This document shows, in pieces, positions 7,319-15,917 of a DNA stretch of 36,199 bases. This DNA is from a virus. Numbering within the stretch: position 1 is the first letter of the stretch; the number at the start of each line of letters is the position of its first letter. A program made the position numbers and the translations under genes. The stretch is taken from positions 1 to 36,199 of the IMG/VR virus record IMGVR_UViG_3300045242_000061, one strand, 5' to 3'. The notes beneath the pieces were generated by a model that worked only from the letters and a program-made list of their open reading frames with translations, made no database searches and was not told the origin of the DNA.

Positions 7319-7345
7319 AGCCGCCCCAAAAAGGCGGCTTTTTTG
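7319..7345 (+). terminator. Rho-independent terminator
   Basis: Stem AGCCGCC (7319-7325) / GGCGGCT (7333-7339), 7-nt loop, then T6. Confidence 0.7.
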
Positions 7346-7404
7346 TGGAATTATGCTTTTGCGAAGTATGCTTTTATCTGACCAACTAAATCGAGTTACA
7401 GCTC

Positions 7405-7947
7405 ATGGCACGAAAAACATTGTGGAACGACGAAATGGCCGGGTTCGCCAAAGACCTATGCTTGCTTGGCGCCACTGATCAAGATCTGGCCAAGCATTTC
7501 GAGGTGTCATTAGCCACGATCAACAACTGGAAGAAGAAACACATAGCCTTTCGCCTAGCGATCAAGGCAGGCAAGTTCATTGCTGACTCGCAGGTTGCCG
7601 CATCCCTGTTCCAGCGCGCCAAGGGCTGGAGCTGTGAAGAAACGGATATTCGGGTGATTGACAAAAAAGTGATTCTTACCAAGTACACCAAGCACTATCC
7701 TCCGGACACTACCGCGGCTATGTACATCCTGAACAACCGACAGAAAGAGCTTTGGCGCACCCACCAAGTGTTCGAACACGCCGGTAAGATCGCCACCGAC
7801 CAGCTCACAGATGCTCAGCTGGCAGCGAAAGAGCGGGCTCTTCAGGATGAGATTGGAAGGCTATCCGCTCAGGCCGGCAAGCTGCCAGGCAAGTCGCACG
7901 AAGGTGAAAATCTACCAATCGATGGCCCTGGAGGATCTGACGAATGA
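7405..7947 (+). CDS. Terminase small subunit
   Basis: 180 aa with an N-terminal HTH (ATDQDLAKHFEVSLATINNWKKKH). Lies immediately upstream of the large terminase gene, with an ATGA overlap. Confidence 0.75.
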   Translation: MARKTLWNDEMAGFAKDLCLLGATDQDLAKHFEVSLATINNWKKKHIAFRLAIKAGKFIADSQVAASLFQRAKGWSCEETDIRVIDKKVILTKYTKHYPPDTTAAMYILNNRQKELWRTHQVFEHAGKIATDQLTDAQLAAKERALQDEIGRLSAQAGKLPGKSHEGENLPIDGPGGSDE

Positions 7948-9386
7948 GCAGCCCTGATCTTCGATCCCTGAAAATCGAGCGCATTGAAGTCTTGGAAGAG
8001 CAAGCCAAGCGATTCCGTCGCCGACGCATGGCTAACTTCAAGCCGTACCCGTGGCAGCAGAAGGTATTCCGGTCGGGAGCGAAGAACAAGCAGCGCCTAT
8101 TGATGGCTGCGAACCGGGTTGGTAAGACCTACAGTGCCGCCATCGAGGTCGCATTTCACGTCACCGGGCGTTACCCAGACTGGTGGGAGGGCTACCGGTT
8201 CCAAGGGCCGATCACATGCTGGGCTCTCGGCGTTACCGGCGAGCAGATCCGCGACGTGGTGCAGAAAGCGTTGTTTGGGGAGTTTAACGAGTCGGGTCCG
8301 GATGGTACCGGCGCCATCCCCTTCGAAGATATCGCCGGCTTCATCCGCTCGAGCCAAACCAAAGATCTGTTGAAAGATGTTCAGGTTAGGCATCAGTCAG
8401 GAGGCATATCCCGGGTTTCGCTCAAGGCCTACAGCCAAGGCCAGAATCCACTGATGGGCGATTCTATTGATCTGATCTGGATCGATGAGGAGCCGGTAGA
8501 TCCGCTAATTTATCCGCAATGCCTGATTCGTACTGCCACCGGTGATCAAGGGAGGGGAGGAATCGTGCTGTTGACCTTCACCCCTGAAAACGGCATGACG
8601 TCGTTGGTGGCGCAGTTCACCGAAAGCCTCCAGGCTGGCCAGGACTTGATCAACGTCACATGGGATGATGCCCCCCATCTTACCGCCGAGGTCAAGGAGC
8701 AGATCCTGTCAGCTATCCCAGCCTATCAGCGCGAGATGCGATCCAAAGGCGTACCAGTAATGGGCTCTGGCCTGATCTTTACCGTCGAGGACGAGCTTAT
8801 CGCCGTCGATCCGTTTCAGATCCCGCAGCACTGGACAATCATCAATGGATGCGACTTCGGCTGGGATCACCCACAAGCCCATATTCAACTGGCCTGGGAC
8901 CGTGACGCTGACGTGTTCTACGTGATCAATGCATGGCGAAAAGCAGAGCATGACGCCATTCAGGCGTGGACTGCTGTAAAGGGGTGGGCGGGGCACTTCC
9001 CGGTAGCGTGGCCTCATGACGGCTTGCAGCATGAAAAGGGGGGTGGTGAAGTGCTGAAGAACCAGTACAAGGCGGCCGGGTTCAACATGCTTCCAGCGCA
9101 TGCTACGTGGCCGATGGGTGGAAATAGCGTTGAGGCCGGGGTACGAGAAATCGGGGATCGGATGCTGAATGGCACATTCAAGGTATTCAAAAATCTGACA
9201 GAAGTGTTTGAGGAGAAGCGTCTCTATCACCGCGATAAGAAGGGTCGCATTGTGAAGCTGCGTGATGACCTACTATCCGCTATACGCTACGCCTACATGA
9301 TGGCGCGTTTTTCTGTTCCGAACATCGGCCAGAAGCCCCGCGTCAATGCAATTATTCCATCACAAGTTAATCACTGGGGAAGGTAG
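7944..9386 (+). CDS. Terminase large subunit
   Basis: 480 aa. P-loop AANRVGKT, Walker B DLIWIDEEP, and a C-terminal nuclease-like region. Position between small terminase and portal. Confidence 0.9.
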   Translation: MSSPDLRSLKIERIEVLEEQAKRFRRRRMANFKPYPWQQKVFRSGAKNKQRLLMAANRVGKTYSAAIEVAFHVTGRYPDWWEGYRFQGPITCWALGVTGEQIRDVVQKALFGEFNESGPDGTGAIPFEDIAGFIRSSQTKDLLKDVQVRHQSGGISRVSLKAYSQGQNPLMGDSIDLIWIDEEPVDPLIYPQCLIRTATGDQGRGGIVLLTFTPENGMTSLVAQFTESLQAGQDLINVTWDDAPHLTAEVKEQILSAIPAYQREMRSKGVPVMGSGLIFTVEDELIAVDPFQIPQHWTIINGCDFGWDHPQAHIQLAWDRDADVFYVINAWRKAEHDAIQAWTAVKGWAGHFPVAWPHDGLQHEKGGGEVLKNQYKAAGFNMLPAHATWPMGGNSVEAGVREIGDRMLNGTFKVFKNLTEVFEEKRLYHRDKKGRIVKLRDDLLSAIRYAYMMARFSVPNIGQKPRVNAIIPSQVNHWGR

Positions 9387-9389
9387 TCA

Positions 9390-11528
9390 ATGGCCCGCCA
9401 ATCTAAAGAATCGCGCCTCGCTGATGTGCATGACCGAGCCCTAAGAGCGTTCGATCTGTCCTATATGCCGCAGCAGGATGTTCGTCTTCAATGCCTGGAA
9501 GATCGACGCTTTGTATATGTCGATGGCGCCCAATGGGAAGGCAATCTGTCGAGTCAGTTTGAAAACCGGCCACGCTTCGAGATCAACAAGATTCTCGACT
9601 CGCTTATGCGGATCTTCAATGAGTACCGAAACAACCGCGTGACCGTAGATTACCGGGCCAAGGATGACAGCGGCGATGATGAAACTGCCGATACTATGGA
9701 CGGCCTATATCGTGCCGATGAGCAGGAGAGCAACGCCGAAGAGGCCTACGACAACGCCTTCGATGAGGCAACTGCCGGCGGGTTTGGGGCGTGGCGACTG
9801 CGTGCTAAATATGAAGATGAGGACGATGAGGACGACGACCGCCAGCGGATTTGTATTGAGCCGATCTTTGATGCCGACACGTCGGTATTCTTCGATGCTG
9901 ACGCCAAGCGCCAAGACAAGTCCGATGCCACCAAGGCATGGGTGCTTTATTCCATGTCACATGCGGATTTTGAAGAGGAATACGGTGTAGATCCATCATC
10001 CTTCGACAAGGTAGAAAACTTAACGCGCTTTGACTGGTTCACGCCGGATGTGGTCTATGTCGCCGAGTATTACGAGATCGATAAAAAGAATCGCAAACTG
10101 CACTTCTTCCGACTACCAGCAACCGGCGATGAAATCAAAGTCAGTGCCGAAGATCTGGATGACCAGAAGAGGCAGGATCTAACAGATCAGGGTTACATCG
10201 AGTCACGCCAAAAGACCATCACCAAACGCGTAGTGCATAAGTACATTATGGATGGCCGCGCCATCCTTGAAGACTGCGGCATCATCGCTGGGGAATACAT
10301 TCCCATTGTCCCGATGTACGGCAAGCGCATGTTCATCGACAATAAAGAGCGCATGTTCGGCCATACGCGACCAATGAAAGATGCTCAGCGCATCTACAAC
10401 ATGGAAATTTCCAGTCTGGCCGAACAAGCATCTTTGTTTGGTGAGCAGATCCCGATCCTTTTGCCGGAACAGGTCGCTGGCTTTGAAAGTTCGTGGGCAA
10501 CTAAGAACATCAGCAAGCCGGCCTATCTCCTGGTCAACCCAATCACTGATGCGAATGGCCAGATGGTGCCAGCTGGGCCAATCGGCTATACACAACCACC
10601 AACAATCCCGCCAGCACTCCAGGGGTTAATCCAATTAGCCGGTTCCGATCTTTTGGAGCTCGGCGGCAACCAACAACAAGGCGATCAGATCGTCTCAAAT
10701 ATCTCGGCTAAGGCCGTAGAGCTGGTGCAGACGCGCCTGGACATGAAGACCTTCATGTATATGGACAACATGAAGAAGGCTATGCGTCAGTCCGGGGTTA
10801 TATGGCGATCAATGGCCAAGGCGCTCTACGACGAAGAAGGTCGCCAGATGCGCACTATCGGCAAGGATGGCACTGAAAGCCAAGCTACGCTGATGCAGCC
10901 AGCCGTTGGCAAGGATGGCGCGCCTTACATCAAGAATGATCTGTCCAGTGGCAACTATGACGTAGTGGTCGATGTAGGGCCGGCCTTCAACAGCAAGCGT
11001 GATGCTACCGTACGTGGCCTGATTGGTGTCTTGCAGTTCGTCGAAGATCCAACCATGAAGGCCGCCATTCTCGGGATGGCCTTGCAGAACATGGATGGCG
11101 AAGGCATGACTGACTTGCATGCATTTGTGCGCAAGGGGTTGGTGGCATCCGGGGTGATCAAACCAACGGATGAGGAAGCAAAAGAGCTGGCCCAGGCACA
11201 GCAAGCCCAGCAACCAGATGGACAGAATGCGTTCCTGCTCGCCTCGGCCCAGGAAGTTATGTCCCGCGTTCCTCTGCACCAGACCGAAGCCATTAAGAAC
11301 TTGGCCCAGGCACAGCAAGCGCAAGCCACTGGCGCTAAGTATGAGGCCGATGCGGCGAAGACACTTGCCGATATTCAAGGGCAAATGGCACAGATGTTGA
11401 GCGTAGTAAACGCCCTTGCTCAGCAGCAACCATCAAGTCCTCAGACGCCTCAACAACCAGACCAACAGCAACAAGATGCGCAACAGCAACCACAAGCGCA
11501 ATCTAATGGCGCTGGAGTCAGTGTTTGA
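9390..11528 (+). CDS. Portal protein (P22-like, with long Q/A-rich C-terminal extension)
   Basis: 712 aa, directly after the large terminase. The C-terminal ~110 aa are Q/A-rich coiled-coil-like sequence (AQAQQAQ..., QQPDQQQQDAQQQPQAQ), as in the P22 portal barrel. Confidence 0.9.
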   Translation: MARQSKESRLADVHDRALRAFDLSYMPQQDVRLQCLEDRRFVYVDGAQWEGNLSSQFENRPRFEINKILDSLMRIFNEYRNNRVTVDYRAKDDSGDDETADTMDGLYRADEQESNAEEAYDNAFDEATAGGFGAWRLRAKYEDEDDEDDDRQRICIEPIFDADTSVFFDADAKRQDKSDATKAWVLYSMSHADFEEEYGVDPSSFDKVENLTRFDWFTPDVVYVAEYYEIDKKNRKLHFFRLPATGDEIKVSAEDLDDQKRQDLTDQGYIESRQKTITKRVVHKYIMDGRAILEDCGIIAGEYIPIVPMYGKRMFIDNKERMFGHTRPMKDAQRIYNMEISSLAEQASLFGEQIPILLPEQVAGFESSWATKNISKPAYLLVNPITDANGQMVPAGPIGYTQPPTIPPALQGLIQLAGSDLLELGGNQQQGDQIVSNISAKAVELVQTRLDMKTFMYMDNMKKAMRQSGVIWRSMAKALYDEEGRQMRTIGKDGTESQATLMQPAVGKDGAPYIKNDLSSGNYDVVVDVGPAFNSKRDATVRGLIGVLQFVEDPTMKAAILGMALQNMDGEGMTDLHAFVRKGLVASGVIKPTDEEAKELAQAQQAQQPDGQNAFLLASAQEVMSRVPLHQTEAIKNLAQAQQAQATGAKYEADAAKTLADIQGQMAQMLSVVNALAQQQPSSPQTPQQPDQQQQDAQQQPQAQSNGAGVSV

Positions 11529-11605
11529 GCAATTTAATTGTGGTATATACTCGGTTTCAGGCATCCATTGGCCTCAACAATGAGTGAAAGTTAAAAGGTG
11601 AGCGA

Positions 11606-12442
11606 ATGAATACGGCAGATAACGCAGAGCACGAAGAGTCGGAACTTGATCTAGAGGTCGATGGTGAGATGCCAGAGATCGAAGAAGAAGACGGCGAAAT
11701 CGAAATTACGCTCGGCGACGCGGCACCGCCAGCCGCAGAGGAAGAGGATCAGGAAGCACCGAAGTGGGTGAAGGAGGTCAGGACCAGGAACAGGGAACTT
11801 GAACGCGAACTACGCGAACTGAAGAAACAGGCCGCGCAGCAACCCGCTCAAGCACCGGCCGTGCCAAAGCTTGGCGAAAAGCCATCGCTTGCCAGTCATG
11901 AATACGACGAAGAAGCCTATCAGGCCGCTCTCGACAAATGGTACTCGGACAAGCAAGCCGTGGATGACCATGCGAAAGCGCAGCAGCGCAAGCAGGAAGA
12001 AGCTCAGCAGTCTCAGCAGCAAGTCATGACGAACTACACCGAAGCCTCGAAGAAGTTGCGTGTGCCGGACTTCAAAGATGTTGAGGAGCTGGTCTCGGAT
12101 GCACTATCTGCCGAACAGCAGGGACTTATTCTGAATGGCGCCGATGATCCAGCCAAACTTGTCTACGCGTTGGGCAAGTCGCCCGACAAGCTGAAAGAAC
12201 TCGCCTCAATCGCGAACCCAGTAAAATTTGCCTTTGCCGTCGCAAAGCTTGAGAGGGATGTAAAAGTGACCAAACGTGATAAGCCCGCACCAGAAACAGG
12301 TTTGAGCCGCTCCGGATCTGCCTCGCGCACCGGAAACGTGGACAAGACCATGGAGCGTTTGGAAGCGGAAGCCGAGAAGACCGGCGACCGCACGAAGATC
12401 ATCGCCTACCGCGCAGAGCTACGAAAAAAGACAGCCAAATAA
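11606..12442 (+). CDS. Scaffolding protein
   Basis: 278 aa. Very acidic N-terminus, E/K/Q/A-rich helical composition. Lies between portal and coat. Confidence 0.7.
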   Translation: MNTADNAEHEESELDLEVDGEMPEIEEEDGEIEITLGDAAPPAAEEEDQEAPKWVKEVRTRNRELERELRELKKQAAQQPAQAPAVPKLGEKPSLASHEYDEEAYQAALDKWYSDKQAVDDHAKAQQRKQEEAQQSQQQVMTNYTEASKKLRVPDFKDVEELVSDALSAEQQGLILNGADDPAKLVYALGKSPDKLKELASIANPVKFAFAVAKLERDVKVTKRDKPAPETGLSRSGSASRTGNVDKTMERLEAEAEKTGDRTKIIAYRAELRKKTAK

Positions 12443-12469
12443 ACCACTTATTTTTGAGGCTTCATTACC

Positions 12470-13747
12470 ATGGCTAACTCATTTTCCAAAGAAGAGCGCG
12501 TAGCGTTCGACCTGTTGCTTGAGGGCTTCAACGACCAGCTCGTGATGTCAAAAGCGGTCAAGGTCTTCAAGAATGACCAGACCATGATGGCGCGCACCAA
12601 CGACATCATCTGGCGTCCGCAACCATACATTGGCCTGTCTTACCAAGGTCTTGACCAAACCGGTAACTTCAAGGACCAGACCCAACTGTCGGTGCCGGCA
12701 CGGATCAACCAATACAAGTCCAGCCCGTTCCAGATGACTGCTCTTGAACTGCGTGATGCGCTGCAAGAAAACCGCCTGGGCAATTCTGCCAAGCAGAAGT
12801 TGGCCTCCGACATCAACGTGTTTATTACTAACCTGGCCGCTCAGCAAGGCACGTTGGTGGTCAAACGTACCGTGGCCGCTTCCGGCTTCGACGACTTGGC
12901 TCAGTGTGACTCGATCATGAACGAGCAGGGCGTAACGTCCAGCATGGATCGCCGCATTGCCGCGTTCTCGTCCCGCGACTACAACAGCATGGCCGGCAAC
13001 CTTGCCGGTCGCCAAACCATGAACGAGCTGCCCACCACGGCGTATGGACGCGCCCTGGTGGCGACCAACGTGTCCGGCTTCGATGTGCTGAAGATGGACT
13101 ATGCGCCGCGCATCGTCGCCGCAACCGCGACTGGCGTAACCATGACCGGCGCTAACCAGTTCTATACGCCGGCGGCTACTACGGCTGACGTGAACGGTGG
13201 CGGCATCAACGTGGATAACCGCTACCAGACCATCGGCGTGACTGTAGCCGGCTCGACCATCAAGGTTGGCGACGCTTTCACCATCACTGGCGTCAACGCG
13301 GTGCATCACATCACTAAGGTGGATACCGGGCAGCTTAAGACCTTCCGCGTGATCGGCATCGTCACGGGCGCTGGTGGTACTGGCACCATCCAGATTTCAC
13401 CGCCGATCATTTCCGGCCAGGGCGCCACTACTGCCGAACTGCAATACCAGAACGTCACAGCCACACCGGCTGCGCTGGCGCCAATCACCTTCCTCAACAC
13501 TCAAGCCGCAGCGATCAACCCGTTCTGGACTGAATCGGCCATCGAACTGCTGCCTGGCCGCATTGCCTTCCCAGATGATGCGGGTATGAACGTGATGCGC
13601 GCCACCACCGATCAGGGCATGGAAGTCGTCATGGTCAAGCAGGGCAGCATCGATACCGGCAACATCAAGTACCGGGTTGACACCTTTTTCGGGGGCGTTA
13701 TGAACAACCCAGAAATGTGCGGTATCGAGCTGTTCAGCCAAACCTGA
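12470..13747 (+). CDS. Major capsid (coat) protein
   Basis: 425 aa, about the size of P22 coat protein. Follows the scaffold gene and is followed by a strong hairpin terminator, which is typical for highly expressed coat genes. Confidence 0.85.
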   Translation: MANSFSKEERVAFDLLLEGFNDQLVMSKAVKVFKNDQTMMARTNDIIWRPQPYIGLSYQGLDQTGNFKDQTQLSVPARINQYKSSPFQMTALELRDALQENRLGNSAKQKLASDINVFITNLAAQQGTLVVKRTVAASGFDDLAQCDSIMNEQGVTSSMDRRIAAFSSRDYNSMAGNLAGRQTMNELPTTAYGRALVATNVSGFDVLKMDYAPRIVAATATGVTMTGANQFYTPAATTADVNGGGINVDNRYQTIGVTVAGSTIKVGDAFTITGVNAVHHITKVDTGQLKTFRVIGIVTGAGGTGTIQISPPIISGQGATTAELQYQNVTATPAALAPITFLNTQAAAINPFWTESAIELLPGRIAFPDDAGMNVMRATTDQGMEVVMVKQGSIDTGNIKYRVDTFFGGVMNNPEMCGIELFSQT

Positions 13748-13770
13748 TGAAGTCCACAATGTGATACGAA

Positions 13771-13792
13771 AGGGGCCACTTGGCCCCTTTTT
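13771..13792 (+). terminator. Rho-independent terminator after the coat gene
   Basis: Stem AGGGGCC (13771-13777) / GGCCCCT (13782-13788), loop ACTT, then T4. It is flanked by an A run upstream. Confidence 0.65.
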
Positions 13793-13807
13793 GACAGGAG
13801 AAAAATC

Positions 13808-14197
13808 ATGACCGAAGAAACCAAGCTCATCGAAAAAACCATGATCTTCAAGAGCGGTGCCGAGCAAACGATCTGGGGGATCCCGCTGGATACGCTGGAG
13901 ATTGACGCCCACGAGCTGGACGAATACCTGGCTGATGGCTGGCACAAGCACCCATTCGATGTGCGTGATGCCATGAACGCTGATGCAGAGCGCGACAGGC
14001 TGGCGAAAGATGCTGCTGATGCGTCCGCGGCAGAGCAGGCTCGCCTTAAGCAAGAGGCTGATAATGCCGTCGCCGCCACTAACCTATTAAGGGATCAGCT
14101 ATTGGCAGAGGCTGACGAGATGGGCTTGAATGTCGATCGGCGATGGGGGGCTAAGACCCTACAGGAAGCCATCGATGAGGCGAAAAAATCAGAATGA
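13808..14197 (+). CDS. Hypothetical head-associated protein with C-terminal HeH-like motif (129 aa)
   Basis: GGAG upstream. The C-terminal ADEMGLNVDRRWGAKTLQEAIDEAKK resembles helix-extension-helix motifs seen in phage head-region proteins. Confidence 0.6.
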   Translation: MTEETKLIEKTMIFKSGAEQTIWGIPLDTLEIDAHELDEYLADGWHKHPFDVRDAMNADAERDRLAKDAADASAAEQARLKQEADNAVAATNLLRDQLLAEADEMGLNVDRRWGAKTLQEAIDEAKKSE

Positions 14198-14700
14198 CTA
14201 CCAAGCGCGAAATCATCGAGCAGGCCTACAGCGAACTTGGTCTTGCCGAATACAATTTTGATATTTCACCGGAAGAAATGTCGACGGCTCGTAAGCGGCT
14301 TGATCGTATGATGGCGCAGTGGGAAGCCAAAATAGCGCTTGGATATTTAGCCCCGAGCGCGCCGAATGATTCTGAGGTGAACGATGAGTCAGGGCTTCCC
14401 GATGGGGTTATCAATGCGGCGGCTACTAATCTCGCAATGCTGCTTGCTCCAGGCCTTGGAAAGCAGGTTTCGCCCGCAACAGCTCTTGCTGCAAAATCTG
14501 GCTACAACTCTGTATTGGCGCAGTTTGCTCAAATTCCACGGATGCAATACCCGAACAACCTGCCCGTGGGCGCTGGCAATAAGCCCTTCCCTGGGCGAAC
14601 TGGCTATTTCAATCCAAGCCCTGAGCTTACTGTCAGCATTAATGGACAGACCCTAGATGACAGTGAGGGAGACGTGATAACGCTTAATTCGACATCATGA
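14194..14700 (+). CDS. Head-to-tail adaptor, P22 gp4-like
   Basis: 168 aa (P22 gp4 is about 166 aa). Shares the pattern L..LG....D.S.EE......L..MMAQWEA...LGY near the N-terminus and P.GAGN near the C-terminus. Position after the coat gene. Confidence 0.7.
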   Translation: MTTKREIIEQAYSELGLAEYNFDISPEEMSTARKRLDRMMAQWEAKIALGYLAPSAPNDSEVNDESGLPDGVINAAATNLAMLLAPGLGKQVSPATALAAKSGYNSVLAQFAQIPRMQYPNNLPVGAGNKPFPGRTGYFNPSPELTVSINGQTLDDSEGDVITLNSTS

Positions 14701-15133
14701 TGCGTGCGGCCGGGCACTCTACGGGGGACCCGGCCGGCGTATTGGCCCCGAGCGTGAAGCCGCTACCAAACACATACGACCTTAACCGCGTGCCCTGCTG
14801 GAAATATCGAGTTGCGCCAAAGGCGATCAGCTTGTTCGAGAGGATCTGAACGCTGTCGGTCCTGGCGGACCGTGGCACCGCGACGAATCCCGAGCCCGTA
14901 TCAGCCTCGGCGTAGAAATTCAACCGCCCACCAAGCACGGAAGAGGCAAGGAATTGAAACTCAAAGGTGTACGTGGCCGATTGGAGAACCGTCACGATCC
15001 CTGTCATCGCGTCATAGTTACAGTTGATTTGCTGGTTCACATCCGGCAGTACCAGCACCGCTGGTGACGCACTTGCCGCTATAGTGGCGCTGGAACTAAT
15101 ATCCAATATCGATGGCATCGCAAGATAACTCAT
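14684..15133 (-). CDS. Possible C1q/TNF-like knob protein (149 aa)
   Basis: Last gene of the inverted tail block. The motif INCNYDAMTGIVTVLQSATYTFEFQF resembles the C1q-domain signature (YD..TG.FT....G.Y.F.F). Its 3' end overlaps the gp4-like gene by 17 nt, convergently. Confidence 0.55.
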   Translation of the reverse strand: MSYLAMPSILDISSSATIAASASPAVLVLPDVNQQINCNYDAMTGIVTVLQSATYTFEFQFLASSVLGGRLNFYAEADTGSGFVAVPRSARTDSVQILSNKLIAFGATRYFQQGTRLRSYVFGSGFTLGANTPAGSPVECPAARIMMSN

Positions 15134-15143
15134 GTCGACTTCC

Positions 15144-15917
15144 TTAAAGTAAGAACCAGGCCGATCCGGTGTACTGCATTTGTAGGTTGGTAAGCGCAGT
15201 GCCTATGGTTTTAGTGGCTGCTCCATCAATCAGCAAGCCATTCCCATCGACGGTCACAATATTTGCTGTGCCATCGATCTTCTTGATATTCACCAGCTGT
15301 GCCCCCCCAGGAATGGCAGGAAGCTTTATCGTGAATGCTGCCGAAGAAGCATTGGCACCTATCAATAACGGCTGGTAGGCCGGCGCTGCTGCCGCGGTGA
15401 ATGTTGAACTGATCGTAAGAAATAATGGCCTGTATTCAGCAGAAAGCGCCAGCTGGCTTGCGCGAGAATCCAGAAAACTGTTTTCGATATCGTCAATCCT
15501 TGAAGATAAGTCGCGATTCTGCCGCAACTCAATGATTAGGCTTTCAAGGTCGCCAACACGAGCTGAGAGGGTGTCAATACTTGGAGAGGGTAGAGCATCA
15601 AATCGGGATGACAGTTCATCGGTTGACGCAAGAAGCCTAGCGAGAAGAGATTCTTGACCGGCTATTCCTTGGATTCTTAGGGCTAATTCATCTATGGCAT
15701 TGCTGTTTTTATTTGCGGTGCTTTGGGCAGACAAGCCCGTTTCAGTCGCGGCAAGGATCAGATCAAGGATGTCGCCGAGAAAATCGGGGATTCCCTCAGA
15801 CAAATTTAAACCGAGGTTCTCAAGATATTTAACCAGTTGAGGATTGTCCGTCAGGGTAGAAATTAGGCGCCTATCTGGCCTAACCGATCGAGACTCAGGA
15901 ATGTTGAAATCAGACAT
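15144..15917 (-). CDS. Tail needle/fibre-like coiled-coil protein (257 aa)
   Basis: Follows the gp10-like gene, as gene 26 follows gene 10 in P22. Central heptad-rich region (LSARVGDLESLIIELRQNRDLSSRIDDIENS). The C-terminal beta-rich domain resembles the C-terminus of the 360-aa fibre. Confidence 0.6.
   Translation of the reverse strand: MSDFNIPESRSVRPDRRLISTLTDNPQLVKYLENLGLNLSEGIPDFLGDILDLILAATETGLSAQSTANKNSNAIDELALRIQGIAGQESLLARLLASTDELSSRFDALPSPSIDTLSARVGDLESLIIELRQNRDLSSRIDDIENSFLDSRASQLALSAEYRPLFLTISSTFTAAAAPAYQPLLIGANASSAAFTIKLPAIPGGAQLVNIKKIDGTANIVTVDGNGLLIDGAATKTIGTALTNLQMQYTGSAWFLL

Noticed and set aside
7351-7374. Direct repeat TATGCTTTT x2 (7351-7359 and 7366-7374) upstream of the small terminase gene
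   Set aside because: Only two 9-nt copies are present, with no recognisable promoter hexamers or dyad. This is too little to call a late promoter or pac element, although it is in the right place for one.
8709-11429. Antisense ORFs within the large terminase and portal genes (173 aa, 130 aa, 206 aa, 124 aa)
   Set aside because: Same reasoning: they are embedded antisense in well-supported genes and have implausible composition.
12548-14079. Long minus-strand ORFs inside the coat-gene region (253 aa, 218 aa and 155 aa)
   Set aside because: They are antisense to a confidently assigned structural gene. Their Arg/Gly/His-rich composition is typical of antisense frames in GC-rich DNA, and they have no SD or operon context.
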